A program made the position numbers and the translations under genes. DNA of 64,000 nt from positions 1 through 64,000 of the IMG/VR virus record IMGVR_UViG_3300012953_000012; one strand, given 5' to 3'. Below, one piece after another: positions 55,701-64,000 of this stretch. Positions within the stretch are counted from its first letter, which is position 1. Each line of letters starts with the position of its first letter. A model generated the notes under the pieces. That model saw only the letters and a list, made by a program, of their open reading frames with translations, was not told the DNA's origin and did no database searches. This stretch comes from a virus (lineage: Duplodnaviria > Caudoviricetes).

Positions 55701-58148
55701 TTCCAACAGTTGGACATGTCCTGGGCGTTGAAGGTCACGGGGACCGATCAGTTGCCTTCCAACTACGACGCTTCCGGCGGCAGCGGCCCTGTGATGGGTG
55801 GCGCTGGTCTGTTCCAGTGGGGGTCCATTATCGGACTGCCTCCTGAGTACATGCCTCGCTTTGGCCGCCAGGACATCCCTGTGCGGGCCACGGCGGGAAC
55901 GAGCGGCCCTTACATCGGCATCAACCACCTGTTTGGAGACTCCGAGACCGCCACCGACGTGGTCCGGGATGTCATCGGTGGAGCCAACACCACGGCCCCT
56001 GCGGTGACCAACTCGATCCTGCGGATCAGCACTGCCCTGGGCATCGACTACGGCGGTTGGAGCGTGGCCGACTCATCCTTCCAAGGACGGCTCTACGAGG
56101 ACGTGAACGCACGGTCTTCGGACATCAACAAACCTCTCCGTGGCATCCAGTTGCCTCCTTACGTCGGCATCGCTCGGGTCTACGGCGTCTACGAGGCTGC
56201 GGACTACGCAGCCAACGGTGGCGCGTGGGAGGACGAAGGCTTCACCTTGAAGACCTCGGGATCCATCGGGACCAACCTGCTCCGCACGGATGCGGACAAG
56301 CAGACGATGTACATCATCAAGGACGGTGCAGCCGATGTCCTCGCAGGACACGACGCGCATACCTACCTGGTCCCTGAGGAAGCCATCGACATCCAGAAGA
56401 TCGCCGGATGGACCTCGGCCTCCACCTTCGCGACCTACGACTACGTCGTCGAGGTCGCCGTCTTCGCGTTCGCAGAAGGCTTCATCAACAAGAACAACTA
56501 CGTCCTGCTCCGCTCGGACGCTGCTGCTGGCCTGGCAGCCAACCTGCTTTCAGGCGGGCGCATGATCATCCCAGCAGCGATGCAGTCCTCTGTGTCGAGC
56601 GGAACAGACGGCTACTCGGCCTTCACCCGGACGGTGTACCAGGGTGACCCCTACATGACCCGCAACGGCCCGACCTTGCAGACGGCGGACTACCAGAACC
56701 GCTATGGCAAGGTCCCCGTGACGGATGCCAACGCGGTCAACGCACCGCTCCAGCAGTACGACACGGACAATGGCCAGATCCCTGAGATCCCCAACGCCCG
56801 CGCTCTGGAAGTGCTGGCCACGGTGGATTTCTGGACCACGCTGGGCACCGGCAAGATGGGCGGTCCTGTCTACACGAGCACCCCCACTGATCCCGGCTAC
56901 CTGACCGCTTCCGGGACTCGCCTCCCGGAGTCTGCGACCCAGAACCCGTGGCAGCCCCACGCCCGAGCATTCTCGACCCCCCAGCCCGCCAGTGCAGGCT
57001 ACGCCTCGATGGGTGTGGTCATGGACAACCGCGCGGTGATGGTTGACCAGGCTGTCGTGATCCGGCGCGGCGACAGTGTGGCTACCTTCGCCTACGCCTC
57101 GTTTACGGGAGCAACCGTCCAGGAAGACATGTCTCTTCTGGCGGCCCTCATCAACTCGTCCGACATCGCGTGGGCGGAAATCGGGGTCTGGGCAGCCGCC
57201 GCAGGACCGACCTGCCGCATCTACGCTCGGATGCCCGGCAAGGAGGGAAGCGAGACCGTCGTGTCGCTGACTCCCGCGACGGGCACCCCGACTGTCATGA
57301 CCGGGCTCCGGTTGACCGTCAACACCACCTACGGTGCGTTGCCAGTCACAGGGTCGGTCCAGACTGTTGCAGCCCTTACCGGCTACACAGAGGTCCCTGC
57401 CAACGCCAAGCAGACGCACAGTGCCCCGACCCCAATGCGCCTCACCGGCATGACTGACCGACTCCCGCTCGGCATCCTGGTGAACGATTCTGACTTCATT
57501 GGCGAAGACCCGCTCCGCAAGGGAATGGCCTACGAGGTCCGCAGCGGTGGTGGTGACCAGTCCACGCAGGCTGTGACCACCTTCTCGGCAGAAGGCCAGG
57601 AGAACACCCGCCTCAGTGGTCCGGGTGGGATCATGGGCATGGCTGATGGGGCAATCCTTCAATACACCGCCTACAACGCTGCCTCAGCCCCCGATGGGGT
57701 CAAGCAGTTCCGCCTCTACCGTGGTGGTGGCTCGGCCTACGTCGTGTCGCCCCAAGCCGCTGGCGGCCCTGTGGACATCATCTCGGGCGGTTTCAGTGAG
57801 GGTGATGATCCTGTGCTGAAAGGTGCTGCTCTGGTCGGTCGGGCCTACCTGGTCCGCAACGGCTACGAGGAAGCGTTCACCGGCAACGTCACTCGGTCCT
57901 ACGGGGACGAGGTACAGATGGTCATTGTGACCAACGCGGTGTACGGCGAGGGTCTCGACTGCGACAGCGGCTACACCCTCGATGGGATCATCAGCCCCAC
58001 CGACTACGGCAAGGGCTACGCGGCATCTGACCGATACCGTCTGGAAGGCAAGCCCCTGGTCAAGAGCCGGGCTGCTCTCCCTGACCCCAACATCCCGCTG
58101 GCTCCGTACCCGCCGGAAGACCCCGCAGACGACGATCCGTGCCCGTGA
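52791..58148 (+). CDS. Large baseplate-like structural protein (1785 aa), paralog of 40888
   Basis: WQASKPPLDSELN, DFVFLEV, RVQIQY, DGYVYAIP, RPDARFSD...DLR. Confidence 0.8.
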   Translation: MAQDFGNGVSRTLSAIQRQFQTVVWQASKPPLDSELNLMSQMEMNRLAEVVRSQMHSGFLLDPMNADADFVTGKDWSNWFKLGRPSTNEVAPMMWANVNGWLVPVTGTGVSDGDPSNRVNLFQPPATEARVDFVFLEVWQAQIAPNPSTAGKPSASTIYKYGNTQFGGTNFPDEMKDPTMGFETTERVQIQYRIRTYGSGTGLGDAVDLAQYPDGLDDPNVLAQGAMASPVVGYVWSNMGDELGDRGLWRSGTGDSNSRTDLGTVDGYVYAIPICAVFRRNSSAFVARTASGNANQNGGLDRNPVSGTITDPLQATRTFTPVTLTNALAADTTGVISVTGLPNSGLDNVNINWSSMALEIGGEIMVIQAVNAATGQIQIASTTDTTNPWTGALLTPTPGRGRFGTQAAPHVAGSQIHFFNFRPDARFSDEIAASDILDLRRGVTGGEWSYEDLLKHNLGRVLDGSLKSSYKQGSGTNTQGTEIIEVDSYIGKYASPIPNQTEHLDGFDSIREVFSDSAVVQNDVSILLNVVGNTPTLSTNSWGAGAPFTVSGSVPAGTGSSWENGSIIEIDMGRARETSDTEAPFMRFVAPQEYWLSRDEMIVLGGALHGSQSPFLMRFVGEDAATGATEPYAWALPSPAYGSAAVNHPGPMFPMVDGGFEYPYIVLGGLANGTTLPADSAAVVTSALPAAVVALGIPALDFDSSAPGSNWYNTSVDDLSTEGITNLLLHGTRNLYDLLTNGGRDPSGASSELYITMADSTNPGNNGCFRVIGAGTAGYTWHNAPDGQSIVVERVGVLPDAMVPTAQVTVKFRTQYTNTADTGMAIVLTDLAGTLGGAANPWGAAPSISDSYNGDMVLDTSLLYGPSRGAMARVATRLDRFAAVAPASTVLREAPENIDPDSVEFRTRTGVPQDEYYYPAQPVPTWNRLPSLGAHAPNAPAYGEGRYNFESRREAELFADEGSKSVIFRPFQQLDMSWALKVTGTDQLPSNYDASGGSGPVMGGAGLFQWGSIIGLPPEYMPRFGRQDIPVRATAGTSGPYIGINHLFGDSETATDVVRDVIGGANTTAPAVTNSILRISTALGIDYGGWSVADSSFQGRLYEDVNARSSDINKPLRGIQLPPYVGIARVYGVYEAADYAANGGAWEDEGFTLKTSGSIGTNLLRTDADKQTMYIIKDGAADVLAGHDAHTYLVPEEAIDIQKIAGWTSASTFATYDYVVEVAVFAFAEGFINKNNYVLLRSDAAAGLAANLLSGGRMIIPAAMQSSVSSGTDGYSAFTRTVYQGDPYMTRNGPTLQTADYQNRYGKVPVTDANAVNAPLQQYDTDNGQIPEIPNARALEVLATVDFWTTLGTGKMGGPVYTSTPTDPGYLTASGTRLPESATQNPWQPHARAFSTPQPASAGYASMGVVMDNRAVMVDQAVVIRRGDSVATFAYASFTGATVQEDMSLLAALINSSDIAWAEIGVWAAAAGPTCRIYARMPGKEGSETVVSLTPATGTPTVMTGLRLTVNTTYGALPVTGSVQTVAALTGYTEVPANAKQTHSAPTPMRLTGMTDRLPLGILVNDSDFIGEDPLRKGMAYEVRSGGGDQSTQAVTTFSAEGQENTRLSGPGGIMGMADGAILQYTAYNAASAPDGVKQFRLYRGGGSAYVVSPQAAGGPVDIISGGFSEGDDPVLKGAALVGRAYLVRNGYEEAFTGNVTRSYGDEVQMVIVTNAVYGEGLDCDSGYTLDGIISPTDYGKGYAASDRYRLEGKPLVKSRAALPDPNIPLAPYPPEDPADDDPCP

Positions 58149-58162
58149 TCGAGGAGTGAGCC

Positions 58163-58696
58163 TTGACCCCACTACAATCACTTGAGCATCTGACAGACAA
58201 GGTTTGGGACTCCTGGTCCGGCGAACGCCTCTCTGGCGGCGTGGGGGAGTTCGACTCCTTCCACGCTCTCGCGTATGACCTCGGGATGGCGATGAACCTC
58301 TCCGACGACATCCCCCTGAGCAACGCTGGCGCGAAGATCTCGCGTTCCGTCCAGTCGTTGGAGAAGCAGACCCGCTCGTGGCGCATGGCTGTGAACCTCT
58401 CTCAAGAGGGGCACGAGATGGACATCGGCAGGTGGGTTGGCGATCTGGAGAAGACGAAGGGCAAGATCATCGCCATCCAGACCGCTCTGGAGAGAGCGGA
58501 GCGGAAGATGCCTTCTGCTCGGGCATCCGGCGAGTACATGAGTTCCGGCCTGGATGCCGACGACTTCAAGAAGGCGTATCTGGCAGGAGAGCACACCAAG
58601 AAGTTGATCGACGAGGCCGTCAAGGCGGCCAGGAAGGTGCCGCGCACCGCCTCGGTGAGCCGCGTTGCCTTTCGCTACGCCTCCAAGAGCATGTGA
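58163..58696 (+). CDS. Helical hypothetical protein with C-terminal RTAS/RVAFRY motifs
   Basis: GAGGAG RBS then TTG; coiled-coil character. Confidence 0.75.
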   Translation: MTPLQSLEHLTDKVWDSWSGERLSGGVGEFDSFHALAYDLGMAMNLSDDIPLSNAGAKISRSVQSLEKQTRSWRMAVNLSQEGHEMDIGRWVGDLEKTKGKIIAIQTALERAERKMPSARASGEYMSSGLDADDFKKAYLAGEHTKKLIDEAVKAARKVPRTASVSRVAFRYASKSM

Positions 58697-58723
58697 GTGA
58701 CCCCAAACGGGTACAGGTAGGGC

Positions 58724-59512
58724 ATGACTACACTTCAGCCCTACCGTAGAACTCTCGTCACCAAGGACACCTATGACGCCATGCGTCGGGTGGAGTTGGC
58801 TGCGAAGGAGTACGGCAGCATCCAGGTCGAGTACGACGGGGTGTCTGCCGAGCACGCCTCCTGGGATGGGGTCAAGCAAGACCCTGGCCCTCTGGACCTG
58901 CCTCCTCACTTGTCCATGCGGCCCACGGGCCGTGAGGTCTACTTGAGCCTGGCGGGCCTGGATGATCCCATGCAGCGCCTGGCTGTGCTCTGGAGCATCG
59001 TGGTGCCTCTGGGGTTCATGCCCTGGGACCGCTACCCGGTGCCCTCGGACACGAGCCATGTGTTCCACTACGCCGGGCCATGGTCCACGGTCGCTGATTT
59101 CTTGCACGGGGAGGGGCGTGGTGATCTCGCGTGGCCGTCCATGTGCTGCGCGGCACAGATCGAGGTCGGCAGGTGGGGCGGCAACCACACTACGGAACGC
59201 ACCATCCAGACGCACATGCACCGGCTGGGCATCCACTGTGGGCCTGTGGACGGCAACATTGGCCCGGTCACCATCTCAGCGATGAAGGCCCTCGGCCTCA
59301 GCGGCCTGGAGAGCCTGAAGGCTGCGGAGGCCCTGGTGAACATGAGCACCCCGCCTGTGCGCCCACAAGCACGCCAACAGGGTCATGTCGTCCTCGGTGG
59401 TGTGTCTATGCAAGCCTTCACATCAGGAGGCGTCCACACGGTGGAAACCCGCAACGGCTACGCTCTGACAGTAGACGGGCCGGGACGCTTGATTCTGACT
59501 GTAGGTGAGTGA
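58724..59512 (+). CDS. Peptidoglycan-binding-domain protein with degenerate M15-peptidase-like N-terminus
   Basis: IQTHMHRLGIHCGPVDGNIGPVT matches the PG_binding_1 pattern; the N-terminus loosely resembles SxHxxGxAxD / ExWH but lacks the ligands. Confidence 0.6.
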   Translation: MTTLQPYRRTLVTKDTYDAMRRVELAAKEYGSIQVEYDGVSAEHASWDGVKQDPGPLDLPPHLSMRPTGREVYLSLAGLDDPMQRLAVLWSIVVPLGFMPWDRYPVPSDTSHVFHYAGPWSTVADFLHGEGRGDLAWPSMCCAAQIEVGRWGGNHTTERTIQTHMHRLGIHCGPVDGNIGPVTISAMKALGLSGLESLKAAEALVNMSTPPVRPQARQQGHVVLGGVSMQAFTSGGVHTVETRNGYALTVDGPGRLILTVGE

Positions 59513-60162
59513 TGAAGACCAGCAGCGTCCCCTTGTACTTCCCGGACGGCATCCCCGAGTCGGTGCAGCGCATTGTGGACCCGGACCAGATCCACAAGTT
59601 GGTCGCAGTAGGTCTGAAAGGCATGGAGGACGACTGGTCGAGGCTGGGCAAGAAGGCAGACGAGGTGACACGGGGAGTCCGACCCTGGTGGAAGCGTCTG
59701 TTCGGAGACTCCCTGGAAGTGGATGTCGCCCATGTGATGAACGCGCTCTACAGGCCGATGAAAACGTGGCCCGGCAATCTCACCGCCGAGCAAAAGGACG
59801 ACCTCAACATCATCCGCTACCTGCGGCAGTACGTCGCGGCGGACAACTACCGCCTCACCTCCGTGCAACGCGCCCACCCACCGGGCGAAGACGAGATGGC
59901 TAAGGCATTCAAGATGCTCGCCAAGGACGCCCGCCCCGTCGCGGATCGGGTTGAGGACGTCTTCCAGAGGATGATCACCGATGTGGGGGAGGACATTGAA
60001 CCTCTCTGTGAGGCTGTCTACGGAGAGGAGTGCCCGCCTGGTGAAGGTGAGCGCGTGGCGATGGCGGATGTCCGTGATCTGGTCCGCATCGGCAGGTTCC
60101 CTTCGATGACCCCCACAGGGACCAGAGTCATGAAAGCCCTCTGGACTGCTATCCACCGCTGA
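59512..60162 (+). CDS. Hypothetical protein (216 aa)
   Basis: Start overlaps the previous stop; coding-like bias. Confidence 0.75.
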   Translation: MKTSSVPLYFPDGIPESVQRIVDPDQIHKLVAVGLKGMEDDWSRLGKKADEVTRGVRPWWKRLFGDSLEVDVAHVMNALYRPMKTWPGNLTAEQKDDLNIIRYLRQYVAADNYRLTSVQRAHPPGEDEMAKAFKMLAKDARPVADRVEDVFQRMITDVGEDIEPLCEAVYGEECPPGEGERVAMADVRDLVRIGRFPSMTPTGTRVMKALWTAIHR

Positions 60163-60217
60163 ACGGGGGGCAGCGGCGACACCTTGTCGGGTACTCCTAC
60201 TCACAGGAGTGATCCCG

Positions 60218-61801
60218 ATGCCTACCGTCCATGAACGACTGAAGGAAGTCCGCGAGCGACAAGACCTCGCCCTTCCCTGCCCGCCAAACTTCCGAGAGAC
60301 CTTCCTCAAACGCGATGGGAGCGAAGCACCGCTGGTGTTGCGTCCCTACCAGCAGCAGATGGTCGTCCACCTCATGGCGATGAAGCGGTTCGTGGTCGGT
60401 GACGACTGCGGACTGGGGAAGACCATCGAGAGCATCGCTGCGTTGTGCCAGTTGTGGAAGCGTGATCCCGACATGAAGGTGATCGTCCTCACGAAGAAAT
60501 CCAGCGTGCCTCAGTGGGAGTCCGAGTTTGAGCGGTTCACGACTGGGGTCAATGTGTTCATGGCGGTGGGGACTCCGAAGAAGCGGGCGAAGGCACACGA
60601 CGCCTGGGAGCAATCCACAGGCCCGACTGTGCTGATCCAGGGCTACTCGTCCGCGTGCAACGACTTCGGCACCCTCCAGCACTGGGAGGGCTACACCTTG
60701 ATCATGGACGAGGTGACGGTGGTGAAGACCCCAACCACCCGCGTCCACAAGATCTGTCGCCACTATGGTGGTCAGGCAGACCGGGTGTGGGGGCTCACGG
60801 CGACGTTGATCAAGAACAACCTCATGGAGGGCTACGGCATCTACAAGGTCGTGGTCCCGACGCTGTTCCCCATGTCGAAGAACGGCTTCATGAACAACTA
60901 CTGCATCACCCGGATGCAGCGGGTCGCGAACGGACGCCAGGTGCCGATGATCGTCGGCTACAACGCACGAGACATCGAACGGTTCCGGGATGAGATCGAC
61001 CACTACTACCTGGGCCGCCCGAAGCACCTGGTCGCCAAGGACCTTCCGGTGCTGACCACGAAGACCGTGCGTGTCGGCCTCACGAAGTTTCAACACGAGA
61101 AGTACCAGGAAGCCCTGTCCGGGCTGCTGGAGTTGGGCGACGGGGACGAGCGGGAGACGACCCAGTTGACCGCGTTGATCTACTGCCAGGAGATCGTGAA
61201 CCACCCCGCGCTGATCGAGTACCCCGACTACACCTCCGAGAAACTGGACGCCCTGCTGGACATGGTGACCGAGGGTGGCGACCTGCATGATCAGAAGGTC
61301 ATCGTGTTCACCCGGTTCAAGGAGATGGTCAACACGGCGATGCCCGTGCTGGAGAGGGCCAAGATCAAGTGCGTCCGGGTCACGGGTGACGAGAACGAAG
61401 CCCAGCGCAAGGCGGCCATGAACGCCTTCCAGGACCCCAACGACGACACGCGAGTGATCTTCATCACCATGGCTGGCGGCGATGCCATCAACCTCCAGGC
61501 TGCGAAGGCGATGGTCTTCTACGACAGCCCCTGGTCGGCTGGCGACTACCTCCAGATCGTGGGGCGCATGATCCGCATCGGGTCGGATCACGACGCCTGC
61601 TACGCCATCCACCTGGTGTGCAGGGACACCATCGACGAGCGGGTGCAACAGGTCGTCCGCAAGAAGATGGGCCTGATTGAACAGGTGCTCGGTGAACGGG
61701 TCAAGGGAAACAAGGGCGAGGACGTGGTATTCAAGGCCGGGTCCGAGGTCCGGGACATCTTTGACGCCATGGTGCAGGACGCTCGACCGGGAGGGGGGTG
61801 A
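60218..61801 (+). CDS. SNF2-family (SF2) helicase/ATPase
   Basis: LRPYQ Q-motif, GDDCGLGKT Walker A, IMDEV Walker B, GLTAT motif III, KVIVFTRF, AINLQAA, QIVGRMIRIG. Confidence 0.92.
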   Translation: MPTVHERLKEVRERQDLALPCPPNFRETFLKRDGSEAPLVLRPYQQQMVVHLMAMKRFVVGDDCGLGKTIESIAALCQLWKRDPDMKVIVLTKKSSVPQWESEFERFTTGVNVFMAVGTPKKRAKAHDAWEQSTGPTVLIQGYSSACNDFGTLQHWEGYTLIMDEVTVVKTPTTRVHKICRHYGGQADRVWGLTATLIKNNLMEGYGIYKVVVPTLFPMSKNGFMNNYCITRMQRVANGRQVPMIVGYNARDIERFRDEIDHYYLGRPKHLVAKDLPVLTTKTVRVGLTKFQHEKYQEALSGLLELGDGDERETTQLTALIYCQEIVNHPALIEYPDYTSEKLDALLDMVTEGGDLHDQKVIVFTRFKEMVNTAMPVLERAKIKCVRVTGDENEAQRKAAMNAFQDPNDDTRVIFITMAGGDAINLQAAKAMVFYDSPWSAGDYLQIVGRMIRIGSDHDACYAIHLVCRDTIDERVQQVVRKKMGLIEQVLGERVKGNKGEDVVFKAGSEVRDIFDAMVQDARPGGG

Positions 61802-61856
61802 TGGAGGGGGTAGGGAGGCCCCTCAGTCCGGTAAGACAATGAAACAGGAGAGCCCT

Positions 61857-62195
61857 ATGGATGACCCCAACACAACCCTCGATGCCCTTAGGCGAAGCGC
61901 CGATAAAGCCGCTGTTCAGCGTGTGGTCGTCGTGATCCGCGCCGAGACTGACGGTACGACTGAACTCCTCAACTCCTACGATGGGGTGCGCGTCTATGAC
62001 AACGGCGCAGTGGACCCCCGTGTCACGATGGGTGGCCCACTGCCCGTGTTCGCCCGATGGTCGGACTGCGAGTCCTATCTGTTGGAGGACCCCGGCAAGC
62101 GGAGACCGTGCCTCCTTTCCTATGACGAGGCCCAGAGGGTCTTCAAGACCTCCTTCGCGGACTACACCGACTACATCACGGAGCACACCGAATGA
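61857..62195 (+). CDS. Hypothetical protein (112 aa)
   Basis: AGGAG RBS then ATG 61857; stop overlaps the next start. Confidence 0.7.
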   Translation: MDDPNTTLDALRRSADKAAVQRVVVVIRAETDGTTELLNSYDGVRVYDNGAVDPRVTMGGPLPVFARWSDCESYLLEDPGKRRPCLLSYDEAQRVFKTSFADYTDYITEHTE

Positions 62196-62917
62196 GTGCC
62201 CCCAGCCCAGAGTGCAGGATCTGTGGGGGGAGTGGGATGGTCGAAGCACCGCCTGACCCACCCCACCCCCCATCGTTCGACAGGTGTGAGTGTACGCTCC
62301 GTAAGGACATCCTCACCAACGTCGAGCGCGGATACCCCGGCCTCTCGGTGGCACCTGTCATTGAGAAGACCCCGCTTCTCGGCCACCACGCCGAGAACGT
62401 CTGGGTCACGACCGGGCAGACCTTCTTCTCCCACCTTCGGCATGTGGCGGTGCGTCAACCGGCAACGTGGTCATTCAAAGTGATCTCGGACGCGGAGTTG
62501 GTCACCGCATGGCTCGCCACGGCGGGTCTGGGGAGCGGTGAGATCATCGACCCGGATGCCTACAAGGTGAGCACAAAGTACATGACCATCCCAGACCTGG
62601 TGTCACCGCCGGACCTGGTGGTGATCCGCATGGGGATCAAGGTGGCCCGCAACGTCGCTGCCCCAGAAGTATTGGCCGAGGCTCTCAACACCCGGCTCCA
62701 CGCCCGTAAGCCCACCTGGGTGTGGGACACCAAGGCTTCCCCTTTGGATGCCGGGAGCCTGTTTTGGTCTACTGAGGTTGCTTCGACCCTGTCCTCATTC
62801 AAGCGCCTCGGGGGCAACGGTGGCGGCGGGATGCCCCCCGGCGGCCCGAAACCCGCTACGAAGAAGCCAAAGCGAGGGGGTATGTCCCGCAAGAAGACTC
62901 TGCGAGGTGGGGGATGA
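62192..62917 (+). CDS. DnaC/IstB-like helicase-loader homolog, degenerate ATPase
   Basis: N-terminal CRIC...CEC zinc finger; DLVVIRMG...LNTRLHARKPTWV resembles the DnaC Walker B/sensor region; no GxxxxGKT; directly upstream of DnaB. Confidence 0.55.
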   Translation: MSAPSPECRICGGSGMVEAPPDPPHPPSFDRCECTLRKDILTNVERGYPGLSVAPVIEKTPLLGHHAENVWVTTGQTFFSHLRHVAVRQPATWSFKVISDAELVTAWLATAGLGSGEIIDPDAYKVSTKYMTIPDLVSPPDLVVIRMGIKVARNVAAPEVLAEALNTRLHARKPTWVWDTKASPLDAGSLFWSTEVASTLSSFKRLGGNGGGGMPPGGPKPATKKPKRGGMSRKKTLRGGG

Positions 62918-64000
62918 AGGTACTCCTGCGATCCTCGTTCCGTGATGGGACGAAGGACAACCCGACGCTGTTCCTGCGGAACGCACAGTCACTCCGGGAC
63001 TCCGGGCTCGGGTTCGACCTCCCCGAAGACGGGGCCATCTGGGCCTACGTCACAGACTTCATCGACCAGCATCATCACGTCCCGGACGCTTCGACGATCC
63101 GAGGGCACTTTGACCGGGTCAACCAGGTCCCTGTGGTGGACCGGCTGGACATGCTCTGCGTCGAGAAACCGCGCACTCAGGGCGACTTCCTGCAACTGCT
63201 GGAGTCCCGCGTCCAGGACCGTCGCATCCGTGTGGTCACGGAGGTACTGCGGGAAGCCGCACGCATCGTAGACACTGGGGTCACCATCAAGGAAGGCTAC
63301 GAGGAGCGCATCCTCCGTGGTCCGGCCCACGCTGTCCGCTACGTCCTCGACAACAGCCACCGGGTCATCACCCCGGTCAACGGTGTCCGGCTCACCGGTG
63401 ACGTGACCTCGGACGGCGATGCCTTCCTCAAGGAGTACGAGCGGGTGGAGAACGACCCGCTCGCAGGCATCGGTCAGTTTAGCGGCCTGCGCCAGATGGA
63501 CGTGGCCTTGAAGGGCGCGAAGCGCGGCGAGTTGTGGACCCATGCGGCGTTCACGGGCGGGCTCAAGTCCACGCTGTCGATGAACTGGCACTACAACCAG
63601 GCGGTCTACTACCAGCACAGCAGCGTCCTATTCTCGCTGGAGATGCCCTACCAACAGGTGCGGCGCATCATCTACGCCATCCACTCCAGCCACGAGAAGT
63701 TTGCCCAGGCCCGCAAGGATCTGGGCATCAGCAAGAGCCTCGACTACAGCAAGATCAGGGACGGAGAACTCAGCGCCAACGAGAAGAAGTTCATGGCCGA
63801 GCACGTCGTCCCAGACTTCAATGACCCCACGAACAACTACGGCCACATCCACATCGAGGTCGCTGACCCGGACAAGAGCGACTTCAACGTGAATGACCTC
63901 CGCTCGCGGTGCGAACTGCTGTACTCCAAGGACCCTGCGATCCGCATGGTCACGGTGGACCACGCCGGGCTGATGCAGAGCCGTGGAAAGTACCGGAGCA
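62914..64000 (+). CDS. dnaB: Replicative DnaB-like (SF4) helicase, 3'-truncated; absent from the ORF track
   Basis: ATG 62914 (ATGA overlap), frame open to the window end; SGLRQMDVALKGAKRGEL, AAFTGGLKST (Walker A variant), FSLEMP, VTVDHAGLM. Confidence 0.88.
   Translation, partial: MKVLLRSSFRDGTKDNPTLFLRNAQSLRDSGLGFDLPEDGAIWAYVTDFIDQHHHVPDASTIRGHFDRVNQVPVVDRLDMLCVEKPRTQGDFLQLLESRVQDRRIRVVTEVLREAARIVDTGVTIKEGYEERILRGPAHAVRYVLDNSHRVITPVNGVRLTGDVTSDGDAFLKEYERVENDPLAGIGQFSGLRQMDVALKGAKRGELWTHAAFTGGLKSTLSMNWHYNQAVYYQHSSVLFSLEMPYQQVRRIIYAIHSSHEKFAQARKDLGISKSLDYSKIRDGELSANEKKFMAEHVVPDFNDPTNNYGHIHIEVADPDKSDFNVNDLRSRCELLYSKDPAIRMVTVDHAGLMQSRGKYRS

Noticed and set aside
60197-61648. 483-aa minus-strand ORF
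   Set aside because: Antisense to the well-supported SNF2 helicase.
1-64000. Stop-codon reassignment (alternative genetic code) as seen in some large phages
   Set aside because: Long genes are intact under code 11, and TAG, TGA and TAA all terminate genes at sensible, often coupled, junctions.
1-64000. CRISPR array, tRNA, rRNA, integrase, intron or intein
   Set aside because: No regularly spaced direct repeats, cloverleaf, recombinase or LAGLIDADG/HINT motifs were recognised by eye; a tRNAscan/Infernal run would confirm.

Overview
GC-rich, densely coded segment of a large tailed dsDNA phage (Caudoviricetes, jumbo-phage-like). No host housekeeping genes, rRNA, tRNA, CRISPR array or integrase were seen. 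Left: head morphogenesis module (prohead protease, acidic scaffold, decoration protein, HK97-type major capsid protein). Middle: head-associated, fibre and very large baseplate/tailspike-like genes (1,200-1,970 aa), interrupted by small accessory islands (deoxynucleoside kinase, HAD hydrolase, DUF3228-like, WGR-domain, lipoprotein, SAM methyltransferase). Right: start of the replication module (SNF2-type helicase, degenerate DnaC-like loader, DnaB-like helicase running off the window). Two window-wide patterns stand out. (1) A bipartite motif C[GA][GAT]T-N7-CTAT sits in front of 13 transcription units on both strands and is a candidate phage late promoter. (2) Short peptide signatures [KR]-x-A-[SADG] and RVAxR[YF] recur in head-module and other unrelated proteins and are candidate prohead-protease cleavage/head-targeting signals. 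Also seen: a frameshift splitting a ~1,810-aa structural gene, a back-to-back duplicated promoter, and a structured intergenic RNA candidate. Family names come from motif recognition by eye, not database searches.
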